DNA of 64,000 nt from Nitrosopumilaceae archaeon (GCA_965209085.1 OZ242376.1:96001-160000), one strand, 5' to 3'; positions 39,046-49,904 are shown, counted from the stretch's first letter. Notes: generated by a model from the letters alone, not told the origin. Numbers and translations are program-made.

Positions 39046-39245
39046 TTATATCACATAGTATAATACTTGTAACTATATAAGCATGGAGAAATAATTTTTA
39101 CATAAAAAACATCATTTTTTACGAAAAATTCGTATTGTGAAATATAACATTATCAGTTTCATCATAAATAATCAAAATGATCAAATAATTATGCATTATA
39201 TTTTTACACTAAAAAATATTCAGTATACGCGCAAAATTAAGCATT

Positions 39246-40517
39246 TTATGATTTTTTACGCTTTTTTATAACAACTAATGTTCCGGTAATGACAAGTGCT
39301 GCTAGCAATACAAACAAAGCTGTAACAGTCGTATCATTTTCGTTATTGCTCACAGGTTCGGGAATCAATATTGTAGAATTGTGAACAACGGTAGTTTCGT
39401 TTCTAATTCCATCCTTGTATCTGACATCAATTTTAATTTCATGACTGCCGTACCTTGGAGCTCCGTTAAATTCTATGGGCATGTTAAACGGTACGGGAGA
39501 ATCTGTATCAATATCATCTATAAATTGCGTATTACTTTTTATGTTTGATCCTTCACGCGGGTTGATGGTGACAAATGTAAACAACGCTTTCTCATTTCCT
39601 TCATTAAGTATCTGTCCTATGATTGTCTGTTTATCTGATATGTCTATCACATCTATTCCATATATGTACAAATCAACTAGTCCCTGTACGTATATGTCTA
39701 CAGTCCTTTCCACATTTTGGATTACTCCCTGCGCGTCAAAATATTTTATGTCCAGTGGAAGTTTGATAGTTTTACCCGCAAGGTTACCTGGCACGTATAC
39801 ATTTGTAGTAATATTTTTGATCCCTCCGGCATTTATGTTGCCTACATTCCAACTACTCTTAAAAATTACCATGTCTGAAGATTTGCTGTATTCTTCATTC
39901 TCTCCAGATGACGGAGCCCGCAGAGTTGCTACAATACCGCTAGCTGAAGATGATCCTGTATTTTCAATACTTATCACTATGTCATTGTAGTTTAATGATG
40001 ACACAAACGGTTTTACCGCACTTGCATCAATTATGCTTCTTCCCACAAGTTCAAAACTAAACGTAAACAATTCTGTCCGCTGTCCGGTTTCACGCAGCCT
40101 AGAATACTCTGTCTTTACAGTTCCCTTGTATTTTCCTATTTTTGTTTGTTCTCCAACATCCGTATAGAAAGTCAGTGTAATGTGTTCTCCTGCTTTTACA
40201 TTGGCTTCTGCATTCGCTCTAATCATGGACACGCTAGATCCTACAGGACCAAAATTTATCGGCATTACAAGATCGCCGGTCAGTCCGACAATGTCAGAAT
40301 TACCCACGTTTGCCAAAACAACGGTAAACGGTACGTGAAAATCTCCCGGCTCTATCTCCATTTTTTCCTCAACTGTTCCAAAATATGCATCAAGCAGCTT
40401 TATTCCAGTATACGTTCTCTCATACGGCGATTCCCCTGTGGGCAGTTGTGCCGTTACAGCCTGTGTACCAAGCAAACCTGATGCTAGTACTGTCAATGCA
40501 AGTATTTTGAGAATCAT
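39246..40517 (-). CDS. COG1361 S-layer-like Ig-domain protein
   Basis: Signal peptide, repeated N.G Ig modules, C-terminal TM plus basic tail. Confidence 0.75.
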   Translation of the reverse strand: MILKILALTVLASGLLGTQAVTAQLPTGESPYERTYTGIKLLDAYFGTVEEKMEIEPGDFHVPFTVVLANVGNSDIVGLTGDLVMPINFGPVGSSVSMIRANAEANVKAGEHITLTFYTDVGEQTKIGKYKGTVKTEYSRLRETGQRTELFTFSFELVGRSIIDASAVKPFVSSLNYNDIVISIENTGSSSASGIVATLRAPSSGENEEYSKSSDMVIFKSSWNVGNINAGGIKNITTNVYVPGNLAGKTIKLPLDIKYFDAQGVIQNVERTVDIYVQGLVDLYIYGIDVIDISDKQTIIGQILNEGNEKALFTFVTINPREGSNIKSNTQFIDDIDTDSPVPFNMPIEFNGAPRYGSHEIKIDVRYKDGIRNETTVVHNSTILIPEPVSNNENDTTVTALFVLLAALVITGTLVVIKKRKKS

Positions 40518-41221
40518 GCGACGCTCTCCTGCATATTTGAAGACGTATCGTTTGAAATTTTCCCATCACTTATCGTTATGATTCTGTCTACTTTGCCAAA
40601 CTGCTTTTCATCATGTGTTACGATAATAAACGTGCAGTCAAGCTTTTTCGCTATCGATTTCATCAAATTTACCACGTCTCTAGAATTGACTGAATCCAGA
40701 TTTCCAGTAGGCTCATCTGCAAGTATGATTGACGGGCGATTTATCAACCCTCGTGCTATGGCAACACGTTGCATCTGTCCTCCGGATATGGAATTTGCCC
40801 GTTTGTATGCTTGATTTTTCAACCCTACTTTGTTTAACAGATCAAGTGCGTCGCTATGGGCGCTATCCTCGTTTTTAGCTATCTGTCGGGGAAGTATGAC
40901 GTTTTCTATCACGGTCAGATCCGAGAGCAAATTTGAAAATTGAAATATGAATCCAATTTTTTTATTGCGGAATTCGGATATCTGATCTTCATTTAGTTTT
41001 CCAGAATCCATTCCGTCTATGCATACAACTCCTGAAGTAGGCCGATCAAGCATGCCCATGATGTTAAGCAGCGTGGATTTTCCAGAACCTGAACTGCCAA
41101 CAATCAACACAAACTGTCCTGATTTAATAGACAACGATATGTCATTTATGGCGTAAACTTTGGCGTTTCCTTCTCCGTATATTCTTGATACAGACTGGAT
41201 GTCCAAAACCGTTTTAGACAT
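40514..41221 (-). CDS. ABC transporter ATP-binding protein (LolD/MacB type)
   Basis: GSSGSGKST, ISGGQMQRVAIAR, ADEPTGNLD. Confidence 0.95.
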   Translation of the reverse strand: MSKTVLDIQSVSRIYGEGNAKVYAINDISLSIKSGQFVLIVGSSGSGKSTLLNIMGMLDRPTSGVVCIDGMDSGKLNEDQISEFRNKKIGFIFQFSNLLSDLTVIENVILPRQIAKNEDSAHSDALDLLNKVGLKNQAYKRANSISGGQMQRVAIARGLINRPSIILADEPTGNLDSVNSRDVVNLMKSIAKKLDCTFIIVTHDEKQFGKVDRIITISDGKISNDTSSNMQESVA

Positions 41222-42401
41222 TACGCATCGCCTCTACGGGCAGTAGTTTTGTGGCTCTAAATGAAGGATATAGTGAAGCTATTATGGCCAATACAAAAGC
41301 CAAAACCGCAGTTTGTATAATTTTTGTCCAATTATAACTAACTTCCAATGGAATACTGCCTGCAAATGTCATGTTTGTCTCTTTTGCGTATACGGTATAC
41401 CCAAGTCCTGCTGCGGTACCTATGCCCGCACCTATGGCACCTATGAGCATTCCTTGTATTAAAAATATCATCATAATGTCAGAACGTTTTGCACCTATGG
41501 CACGTATTATCCCCACTTCGCGCGTCTTGCTGTTTACTAACATCATCTGTATGGTTACTATGGCAAAGGCAGCAGACATCATGCCAAAATAACCAATCAT
41601 GTTTATCATTGCAATACCGGAACGAAATCCTGCAAGCTGTTTCTCGGCAGATTCTTCAATAGTTTCAGCTTTGTAATCGGCATCACCAAACGCTGCAATA
41701 AATTGATTCTTTACCTCGTCTGCATTTGCAGAATCTTCAAGTTTTACCATGATCGAACTGCTGTGTCCATCGCGCTCCATCATACTACGCAAAGTATCAA
41801 TATGCATAACCGCGCTATAATCAAAACCCTGACCTCCGGGAGATTCAGCAATTCCTGAAACTATAAAACTACGTTTAACATCAATACCGTACCTGTTTGT
41901 GACGTTTAACAAAACTCTGTCTCCCACTTTCAGGCCTCCCAAATCATCCGTTATTGCTGAACCAAGAGTAATGGAATTGCGTGCAAAAACATACTGTCCA
42001 TCAGAAACGGTCTGATGTGCAGTTGAAACCTGAATATCGTGGAAAGGATCCACACCGACCAGTGAAACTTGATTCAATTCATACTCTTTCCCAAAATTCG
42101 ACGTCACCAATGTGCCCGTACTGTACAGACGGGAAGAGGCTGCATCCACCTCCGGAATGCGGTTAAACCAATTGATTAAATATATATCTGATTTTGTAAT
42201 GTAATCTTTTTTACTGGTAATTAGTACATCGCCATTGGTATAGTCTGATATGTCTCGTACAATGGCATCAAATAATCCCTGAAATATTACAAAATTTACA
42301 TGTATTACAAGTATGCCTATGGTTACAGCTAAAATGGCTCCGGCAAGACTGCCTCTTTTATTAAAAAGCATTCTAGCCGCAAGATTTACTTTATAATTCA
42401 T
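41214..42401 (-). CDS. ABC transporter permease (LolE/FtsX type)
   Basis: REVGIIRAIGA, YPS.RA..L.PVEAMR. Confidence 0.92.
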   Translation of the reverse strand: MNYKVNLAARMLFNKRGSLAGAILAVTIGILVIHVNFVIFQGLFDAIVRDISDYTNGDVLITSKKDYITKSDIYLINWFNRIPEVDAASSRLYSTGTLVTSNFGKEYELNQVSLVGVDPFHDIQVSTAHQTVSDGQYVFARNSITLGSAITDDLGGLKVGDRVLLNVTNRYGIDVKRSFIVSGIAESPGGQGFDYSAVMHIDTLRSMMERDGHSSSIMVKLEDSANADEVKNQFIAAFGDADYKAETIEESAEKQLAGFRSGIAMINMIGYFGMMSAAFAIVTIQMMLVNSKTREVGIIRAIGAKRSDIMMIFLIQGMLIGAIGAGIGTAAGLGYTVYAKETNMTFAGSIPLEVSYNWTKIIQTAVLAFVLAIIASLYPSFRATKLLPVEAMRNV

Positions 42402-42493
42402 TGATGGCGAAAGCTATTATGAGATATAATAATGATCTCATGCATTGTTTCCATACAGATAAGATAATTATATGATAATATCTGAATCATGCT

Positions 42494-43006
42494 GTGAGAA
42501 AAAAAATCTATTCGGGCAGAATTATCGATTTGTACAGATATGACATAAAATTGGAAGGAAGGAAAGTTAGACGCGATATCATAGTCCATCCGGGAGCATC
42601 TGCTATAGTTGCATTTGATTCAGAAGGCAAAATTATTCTGGTAAAACAAAACAGATTCCCGCATGGCCGTGTACTGGAAATTCCTGCAGGAACCCTTGAA
42701 AAAGGAGAAACTCCCATGCAGTGTGCTAGACGGGAACTGCTTGAAGAAACAGGATACGCTGCAGGACGTCTGAAAAAACTGATCTCGTATCATCCTACCG
42801 CCGGCTCAAGCACGGAAATCATACATTGTTACGAGGCTCTAAATGCCAAAAAAGTTTCATCATTAAAGCTTGATTCGGATGAATTTATCACCGTGAAAAA
42901 AATGGACCTGGACAAACTTATCCAAATGATAAAAGCAGGAAAAATTACTGATTCAAAAACCATATGTTCTGTTATGATCTATGCTGCAAAAAACAGCCTA
43001 CTCTAA
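42494..43006 (+). CDS. NUDIX hydrolase (ADP-ribose pyrophosphatase-like)
   Basis: Nudix box PAG.LE.GE....A.REL.EETG. Confidence 0.92.
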   Translation: MRKKIYSGRIIDLYRYDIKLEGRKVRRDIIVHPGASAIVAFDSEGKIILVKQNRFPHGRVLEIPAGTLEKGETPMQCARRELLEETGYAAGRLKKLISYHPTAGSSTEIIHCYEALNAKKVSSLKLDSDEFITVKKMDLDKLIQMIKAGKITDSKTICSVMIYAAKNSLL

Positions 43007-43039
43007 CTCCTGGCAAATCATTTTTAACACCAAAGAGGT

Positions 43040-43813
43040 TTGATTACTTTGATGGACACTGACGAGATATTGAATTTTTTGGCATCGGGAAAAATTTCCA
43101 CCCAGGAGGCCAAAAAAATGCTTGCCATGCGGCATATTGAAAAAATTGGAGATTTTGCCCGTCTTGATATCGGAAGACACAACAGAAACGGCTTACCGGA
43201 AGTTGTTTATGCTGCATCCAAACCGTACGAACAAATATTAGCAATCACCAAAAAAATCCTTGAATCTTCAGGATTCGTACTTGTGTCAAGATTGAAAACG
43301 GATCACGCACAAGCAATGACAAAGTTTGCAGATAATTCGGGAATAAAATACAGTGTGGGAAAAAATACCACTTCAATGCTGTTTTATACAAAAGATACGA
43401 ACGTGAAAAAACGTGGCACCGTGGGTATAATGGCCGCAGGTACATCGGACATAGGGGTGGCAGAAGAAGCCCGCCTAATGTGTGAGGCCATCGGATGCAA
43501 TACCGTATGCGCCTATGATGTTGGTGTTGCAGCATTGCATAGACTGCTAGACGCAGTAAAAGAGATGATTGATAGCAACGTAGATGCAATAATAGCGGTT
43601 GCAGGGATGGAAGGATCCATGCCTACTGTTGTATGCTCCCTGACAAACATTCCAGTTATAGGAGTTCCAAGCTCGGTCGGATACGGCCATGGAGGCTCCG
43701 GTGAGGCGGCCCTCTCGTCGATGCTTCAAAGCTGCGCTGCGGGTCTTTTAGTTGTAAACATAGACAATGGCATAGGCGCAGGTGCATCTGCGGCTAACAT
43801 TGCACGTAAATAA
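43040..43813 (+). CDS. larB: nickel pincer cofactor biosynthesis protein LarB
   Basis: AGTSD..VAEEA, DVGVA..HRL, PSSVGYG, VVNIDNG; start probably a few codons downstream. Confidence 0.9.
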   Translation: MITLMDTDEILNFLASGKISTQEAKKMLAMRHIEKIGDFARLDIGRHNRNGLPEVVYAASKPYEQILAITKKILESSGFVLVSRLKTDHAQAMTKFADNSGIKYSVGKNTTSMLFYTKDTNVKKRGTVGIMAAGTSDIGVAEEARLMCEAIGCNTVCAYDVGVAALHRLLDAVKEMIDSNVDAIIAVAGMEGSMPTVVCSLTNIPVIGVPSSVGYGHGGSGEAALSSMLQSCAAGLLVVNIDNGIGAGASAANIARK

Positions 43814-43846
43814 TATATAGATAGCCGTGGAATTTTATTCATACTT

Positions 43847-45424
43847 ATGAACGGAAAGAGAATTGTTCTTACTGCCGATCGCAGTTTGATGACCAATTAT
43901 CGTGGGAATTTTTTATACGGATTTATTGCATGCGGCCCGTACGAAGTTCTTCCTGAATGGGTATTTGACAAAGTTTTTTGCCCTGCCGTTGAAACGGATC
44001 CGACTACCGGAGAGGCAAAAGTAGCCCAAGTGGGACTTCGTAGAATAGAGAGCGCGCTATTACAAGGTTATGATAAAAAAGACGTTTTTATTGCAAATCC
44101 AGAACATCTTGAAAAATCCATAGGCCCGGATACAAAAGTCGTCGGAATTAACGTAATGGATCCGCTTGGTATGGCACCTGTTACCACTACAATGTCTCCT
44201 GAAAAACTCTCCTATGTGGCAATGAAATTTAAAAAAATGTGCGCTGTTATTATTCAGCTAAAGAAAAAATACAAATTCCATGTGGCGGTGGGAGGAAACG
44301 GAGCATGGGAGCTTGCAAAACCAGACCGCATGAAAATACACGGAATTGATACAGTTGTTGTGGGAGAAGCAGACGAACTTGCACTGGATCTTTTTGGAGA
44401 CATGGAAAAAGGCGATGCGCCAGACCTGATGAATTGTTTTGTCAAAAACATACAAAACATACCAGTCATAGAGGGTCCGACGGTAAATTCGCTTATAGAA
44501 GCAATGCGGGGCTGCGGCAGAGGCTGTGATTTTTGTGACGTAAACAAACGTTCCAAAAAAGATCTACCAGTAGATCGGCTCAAATATGAAGCACAAATAA
44601 ACTTGGATTATGGATTTGATTCCATTTGGCTCCATTCTGATGAGATGCTTCTATATGGTTGCGATAACCGGGACTTTATTCCAAACAGTGATGCAATAAC
44701 CAATCTTTGGAGCAACCTCAAGAATTTAGGAGCAAATTTTGTGGGCACAACACACATGACGTTCTCAGGAGTTGCAGCCGATCCGGAACTAATGCACAAA
44801 ATATCCACAATAAACCAGCAGGAAAAAGACAACCGTTGGCTTGCCACAAATCTGGGAATAGAGACAGTCTCACCTCCAATGGTAAAAAAACACCTTGGTG
44901 TCAAGACAAAACCGTTTTCTACAGATGAATGGGGAAGCGTAGTAATCGAAGGTGCAAAAATACTCAACAAAAACCACTGGTTTCCCGCTGCAACAATAAT
45001 CATAGGATGGCCAGATGAGACACCCGATGACGTACAGGCTACGATAGACATGTTAACTGATTTTAAAACCATAAACTTTAGAGGATTAGTGGCACCGTTG
45101 CTGTACCAAGACTTTGGAGAGAAAAATTCAATGCACTTTGGAAATCTCAACGAAGCACAGTTTACCCTCTTTTGGAGGTGCTGGGAAAACAATCTGCAGG
45201 TGATAAATGACATTATTCCGATTATACTCAGAAACAAATCATACGGACCGCCCATGAAGATCTTCATGTATGGAATAATCAAAGCTGGAACATGGGCCAT
45301 AATGAGATATCTGCGCGGATTGTGCAAAGATTTGTTTAACGGCAGAACTCCTGAAGAAATTATAGATAAATATACGCGGAGCCGATCCGTTTCATCTCAA
45401 AAAATTATAACTAAAAAGTTATAG
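43847..45424 (+). CDS. B12-binding radical SAM protein
   Basis: RGCGRGCDFC motif; GE.D B12-domain segment. Confidence 0.9.
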   Translation: MNGKRIVLTADRSLMTNYRGNFLYGFIACGPYEVLPEWVFDKVFCPAVETDPTTGEAKVAQVGLRRIESALLQGYDKKDVFIANPEHLEKSIGPDTKVVGINVMDPLGMAPVTTTMSPEKLSYVAMKFKKMCAVIIQLKKKYKFHVAVGGNGAWELAKPDRMKIHGIDTVVVGEADELALDLFGDMEKGDAPDLMNCFVKNIQNIPVIEGPTVNSLIEAMRGCGRGCDFCDVNKRSKKDLPVDRLKYEAQINLDYGFDSIWLHSDEMLLYGCDNRDFIPNSDAITNLWSNLKNLGANFVGTTHMTFSGVAADPELMHKISTINQQEKDNRWLATNLGIETVSPPMVKKHLGVKTKPFSTDEWGSVVIEGAKILNKNHWFPAATIIIGWPDETPDDVQATIDMLTDFKTINFRGLVAPLLYQDFGEKNSMHFGNLNEAQFTLFWRCWENNLQVINDIIPIILRNKSYGPPMKIFMYGIIKAGTWAIMRYLRGLCKDLFNGRTPEEIIDKYTRSRSVSSQKIITKKL

Positions 45425-45742
45425 ATTTGCCATTGCAGCTTCAGCCAACGTGTTTCGTTTTGGCTTTATGCATATAAAATAGGCTTTGTCTGCGCGTTCG
45501 ACAGATTCTACATTTTTGTATTCTCGTGTGGACATGTCAAATTCGTATATTCCGGATTTTAGATCCTCTTTTGCATACAGGACAAGATATGATTCGCCTG
45601 TAGCGGGACTAAGCGGAATAAATGACATGACATTTCCCTTGTATGCAGTTATTGGCATTGTATTTTTCATTGGAGGTGCGGCTGAAACAAGATACAGGAA
45701 GAGATCGCCAATGTTCTCAAATTCTTCATATTCTATTTTCAT
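45419..45742 (-). CDS. conserved hypothetical protein
   Basis: 107 aa ORF. Confidence 0.7.
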   Translation of the reverse strand: MKIEYEEFENIGDLFLYLVSAAPPMKNTMPITAYKGNVMSFIPLSPATGESYLVLYAKEDLKSGIYEFDMSTREYKNVESVERADKAYFICIKPKRNTLAEAAMANL

Positions 45743-45777
45743 ACCTGATATATGATTCCTTGCTGTATAAATTTTTC

Positions 45778-45808
45778 GTATGAGGTCAGGTATGAGCTGA
45801 CCTCATAC
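45778..45808. repeat. minimal copy of palindromic repeat family A
   Basis: Perfect 12-bp inverted repeat GTATGAGGTCAG / CTGACCTCATAC around a 7-bp spacer. Confidence 0.85.
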
Positions 45809-45867
45809 AATTTTTCTTGATCTCATTTGAGATGATTTTCTGAACCGCAATTCTCGTATTTTTGAAC

Positions 45868-46917
45868 CTAAACACTAGAACGCTTGAGGATCTTTCTAGC
45901 TCCATATGCTGCACCTATTGGAGTTCCAACATAGATGCCAATATTGAGGGCAATAACAGAGATTCCTAGGGCAAGTACGCTAGAATCAGTATCCTCAGCT
46001 AGATTCATTATGCTAAGAGTGGATATCAAGGGAGTCAAAAATGCACCCACTGCAGATGCAAATGCCGGACTTTGACGCTCCCAGTCGGCTATTGTCGGAG
46101 AAAATGTGTAATAGAATGTGTTAAAACTTGACATGAATGATGTTCCAGAAGATGTCTCCATCAAAGTATTGTCGCGAATTTCTCTAAGCATTTGTATTTG
46201 TGGTGCAAGTTCTGTTCCGTATGCGGCAGTTGCTATGAGACAACCTCCGCTATTTTCAGAACCTGTATCATCCATTGCAGCTATACAACGTGTACCATCC
46301 CATTCAGTACCTGTACCACAAATGCTAGTACATTGACCGTCTACAAATTGCGTACCATCGCCACATATTGAAACACATTCGTCACCTTTTTTGACTTCTC
46401 CGGCAGCACACGTTATTTCCTGAGTGGGTGGAGTTACCGGTTCTATTATCTCAGGAGGTGTTACAGGTGGCTCTGGAGCGACAGGCTCAACTTTTTCTGG
46501 TTCCGGTTCCGGCGGTGTTAGTTCAGGCTCTGGTTCGCTGGAAACAATTTCAAAAGTTGCTTCAGCGTTCTGTACGCCATATGCTACTCTTACAGTATAT
46601 TCGCCAGATTTTGACAACAAGGCACTGCCTGTTTTTACTGTGATAGTATTAGGTACTTTGAGTGTTATGTTATTTGGGTTTATTTGATCAAGATATGCTA
46701 GGTTATCATTAGAATCTGTGATAGTAAAAGTCAATGCATTGTGATATGGCTCTGAATGTTTCTGCAAAACTGCAGTAATCCATATTTTATCTCCAGCAGA
46801 GTAACTTGCCTCATCTGTTTCAACAGTGAGTGTTGCTTGTCCATATGCTGCAGATATGCCAAATACCATTGATAATGATAAAAATACAATTGTCATCCTG
46901 AGCGTTCTGGTACGCAT
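45868..46917 (-). CDS. CFI-box-CTERM surface protein with Pro-rich linker and Cys-rich repeats
   Basis: Signal peptide, TD..SY..GD Ig domain, PEPE linker, CG.GT....G.C repeats, GGCLIATAAYG. Confidence 0.85.
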   Translation of the reverse strand: MRTRTLRMTIVFLSLSMVFGISAAYGQATLTVETDEASYSAGDKIWITAVLQKHSEPYHNALTFTITDSNDNLAYLDQINPNNITLKVPNTITVKTGSALLSKSGEYTVRVAYGVQNAEATFEIVSSEPEPELTPPEPEPEKVEPVAPEPPVTPPEIIEPVTPPTQEITCAAGEVKKGDECVSICGDGTQFVDGQCTSICGTGTEWDGTRCIAAMDDTGSENSGGCLIATAAYGTELAPQIQMLREIRDNTLMETSSGTSFMSSFNTFYYTFSPTIADWERQSPAFASAVGAFLTPLISTLSIMNLAEDTDSSVLALGISVIALNIGIYVGTPIGAAYGARKILKRSSV

Positions 46918-46949
46918 ACAAGTTTTAATCCATCTTTTAGTATTTATTA

Positions 46950-48242
46950 TTATTGGTGGATAGTTTTACGCTTCTTATATGAAATATCACGCATAATGCG
47001 TTTTGCACCATTTACAGTAATATCGCCATTTTTTACCATTTTTTTTGCAACCATTGAAACTTTGTCCGAATGGACGCCGGCAGTGACTGCTATGTTACGG
47101 GCATGTAATCCCATATGGCCTCGTTGTATGCCGTCAGTAGCTAGTGCCTGAAGCGCGCTGAAATTCTGGGCAAGACCTGCAGATGCTATAATACATCCCA
47201 ATTGACGGGCGGACTTGGCCTTGGTAATTTTTATGCATACGCGTGCGGTGGGATGAACTGCCGCTATTCCTCCTATGATCCCTACCTGCATGGGCATCTC
47301 TATAGTACCTTTGAGATTGCCTTTGGCATCCTTTGACCATGTGGTGAGTGGCTCATATCTGTCATTTCTGCAGGCATACGCCCCGGCAGCAGCCTCTAAA
47401 GCACGACCGTCCTGACCGGTGGCATTTGCAATAGCAGTCACAGCGTTCATCACTCCTTTGTTATGGGTAACGGCTCTGTTGACGTCATATTGAGCAAATT
47501 CGTAGGCACGAACCATGTCGTCTACTATGCGATTACCTCCAATCAAATCACTGCGAAATATTGCACTTGCACGGGCAATACGGGTGGTCGAATAATTTGA
47601 AAGAATACGTAACAATGCCCTCCCCCCAGTCAATTTTTCAAGCATTGGCGATATTGCCTCACACATTGAATTTGTCACATTTGCGCCCATGGCGTCTGCC
47701 GTATCCACTAAAATCTCTACTATCAGCATAGGGCCAGACGGAGGATCTAACCTATGCGTCGAGATCTTTATGGCTCCTCTGTTCATTTTTGAAAGTGTAC
47801 GGCTTTGCTTGTTTGCCACACGCAATATTTTCAAAGTCGATTTTCTGATCTCATCTGATGCTGATTTTAGATTTTTAATTTTTAAAAGCTGGATTTGACC
47901 AATTACATGAGACGGACCACATTCAGCCTTGAATCCTCCAGAAGCACGGGCTATCTTGGCTCCCCGTGAGGCAGCCGCTATAACTGATGGTTCCTCTATG
48001 ACCATTGGCACTAGATAGTCACGTCGATTTATTGTAAAATTGGTGGCCACACCCATAGGCAAGGCAAACGTGCCTATGGCATTTTCAACCATGAGATCCG
48101 CTTCTGTAAATCCTATGCCTCCGACAGAACATAAAATATCAACCTCTGCCATGTTTAGTCCTGCAAATTTACGTACGATTTCCAATCGTTCATCATGGGT
48201 TTTTTTGTGCATGCCAGAAATGGCCGAGCTCTTTACAACCAA
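46950..48242 (-). CDS. hmgA: hydroxymethylglutaryl-CoA reductase (class II type)
   Basis: ENAIG, PM..EEPSV.AA, DAMGAN, THNKG.MN, GIQRGHM.LHA. Confidence 0.93.
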   Translation of the reverse strand: MVVKSSAISGMHKKTHDERLEIVRKFAGLNMAEVDILCSVGGIGFTEADLMVENAIGTFALPMGVATNFTINRRDYLVPMVIEEPSVIAAASRGAKIARASGGFKAECGPSHVIGQIQLLKIKNLKSASDEIRKSTLKILRVANKQSRTLSKMNRGAIKISTHRLDPPSGPMLIVEILVDTADAMGANVTNSMCEAISPMLEKLTGGRALLRILSNYSTTRIARASAIFRSDLIGGNRIVDDMVRAYEFAQYDVNRAVTHNKGVMNAVTAIANATGQDGRALEAAAGAYACRNDRYEPLTTWSKDAKGNLKGTIEMPMQVGIIGGIAAVHPTARVCIKITKAKSARQLGCIIASAGLAQNFSALQALATDGIQRGHMGLHARNIAVTAGVHSDKVSMVAKKMVKNGDITVNGAKRIMRDISYKKRKTIHQ

Positions 48243-48500
48243 TCAAAACATACATGTGTCGAATAGTATAAAAGCATACAATATTTTTAATACAATATGA
48301 ACCTGCACAAAGGTAAAAACGCTGGGTACAACCTCATAATTAATTATTATATTAGATTTTAATATTAATATATATTATAAAATAAGTAATATGCTAAAAA
48401 AACTATTGGATATATGAATATATGTTGTATCTATAATATTAAAAATATCCATGATAAAAATGATAAACTGTGCCTAGAATAATTGTAGCAAATACCCCCA

Positions 48501-48868
48501 CCTATTCAGATAAAATATGGGTAAAGAATCACATTGACCAATACTCCATTTACTGCATCCAAATTGGATGATTCTGATCTATTTTGATAATTTGGTGTTT
48601 TACTGGGTCATTTTTTTACCTTTTTTGCCCACCCCTATTCAGATAAAATATGAGTAAAGAATCACATTGACCAATACTCCATTTACTGCATCCAAATTGG
48701 ATGATTCTGATCTATTTTGATAATTTGGTGTTTTACTGGGTCATTTTTTTACCTTTTTTGCCCACCCCTATTCAGCTAAAATATGGGTAAAGATCACTTG
48801 ACCAATATCCAATTTACTGTATACAACTTGGATGATTTTAGATCTATTATGATAATATTGGTGTTTTA
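48501..48868. repeat. 133-bp tandem repeat, about 2.8 copies
   Basis: CCTATTCAG at 48501, 48634 and 48767; copies 1 and 2 nearly identical, copy 3 diverged and overlapping a gene end. Confidence 0.92.
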
Positions 48869-49407
48869 TTGAGCCGTTCTTCACCCTTTTCAGTAAGCGA
48901 ATATACATATGGTTTGATTCCAGCATGCCGCTGAACTAAACCGTCGGCTGACAGCTTTTTCATGAGTCGTGATGTATGTTCTCTTGTTTTTCCTATTGTG
49001 ATTTGTATATCACGTGAAGTCATTGATTTATCTGTGATTGTGTGTAATATCACATCAATCACATCACTATGCCTAAAAACAGGCGCGACTGGGGTGATTA
49101 TTACCTGGGATTTCTCATTTTTTTTGCCCTGTTCCGTCTCTGTAGGCACGATTGATGGTTTTTTTGACTCTATCATTTCAGATTTAGGCACGTTTTCTAA
49201 ATCAATTGTATCTAGCCTTATCTTTAGGTCGATTAATTGCCGTTCATAGTATTCTAAACGCTCTAATTGTGCAGGATCTTTATGTATTTTTTTAGTATTT
49301 ACATACGTTTTTACCTTAAAATATGCAATTATAATTATAAAACCAACTAAAAATATGACTAAACCAGTTAGAACACTTGCAGCATCTGGTAACTCCACTA
49401 TCATCAC
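48847..49407 (-). CDS. membrane-anchored winged-helix DNA-binding protein
   Basis: N-terminal TM, coiled coil, C-terminal TSRDIQ...G.TREHTSRLMKKL..DGLV.R....PY.Y.LTEKG. Confidence 0.8.
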   Translation of the reverse strand: MMIVELPDAASVLTGLVIFLVGFIIIIAYFKVKTYVNTKKIHKDPAQLERLEYYERQLIDLKIRLDTIDLENVPKSEMIESKKPSIVPTETEQGKKNEKSQVIITPVAPVFRHSDVIDVILHTITDKSMTSRDIQITIGKTREHTSRLMKKLSADGLVQRHAGIKPYVYSLTEKGEERLNKTPILS

Positions 49408-49517
49408 ATATTTTGTGATTATGTTACAAATTACTGTGATGAATGATAATTATTCACACATTGCGTTGATATTATTGTAGCATATATCACTATAATATAT
49501 CATATATATGTATAATA

Positions 49518-49904
49518 TCACGAATTACATGCTCGTTTTACTATAAGATCTATGACACGCATCACTTCATCTTCCTTTTCTGGAAAAATATCACTATCTT
49601 TTAAAATATCAATCTGTTTTGATAAATCAATTATCACGTTCATATCACTATATTTTATCACACCTAAACTCAATAAAAGTGCCTGTGTATAGTAAAAACT
49701 GGCTAATTTTGTTCGTACTTGCGCAAGTTGTCTATAGTATGCACCTCTAGTTATGTTGAACTCTGTTTTTGATATGCCCTTGTAATTACTTAAAATTTCA
49801 ATTTGTCGCTCTGTAAACAATGATTTTTTAGCCAATTCATGTATTATATGATTAAAATTTACATTTTGATTATCACTCATAGCTATATAGATCTGTATAC
49901 CCAC
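49518..49904 (-). CDS. conserved hypothetical protein, probable HTH
   Basis: SLFTERQIEI...ITRGAYYRQ..Q.R.K. Confidence 0.65.
   Translation of the reverse strand: MGIQIYIAMSDNQNVNFNHIIHELAKKSLFTERQIEILSNYKGISKTEFNITRGAYYRQLAQVRTKLASFYYTQALLLSLGVIKYSDMNVIIDLSKQIDILKDSDIFPEKEDEVMRVIDLIVKRACNS

Noticed and set aside
45818-45835. TCTCA-N-TGAG palindrome also near 55459-55470 as an operator
   Set aside because: Short, variable spacing, too few copies to support
48501-48868. Possible CRISPR array
   Set aside because: Whole 133-bp units repeat, with no unique spacers
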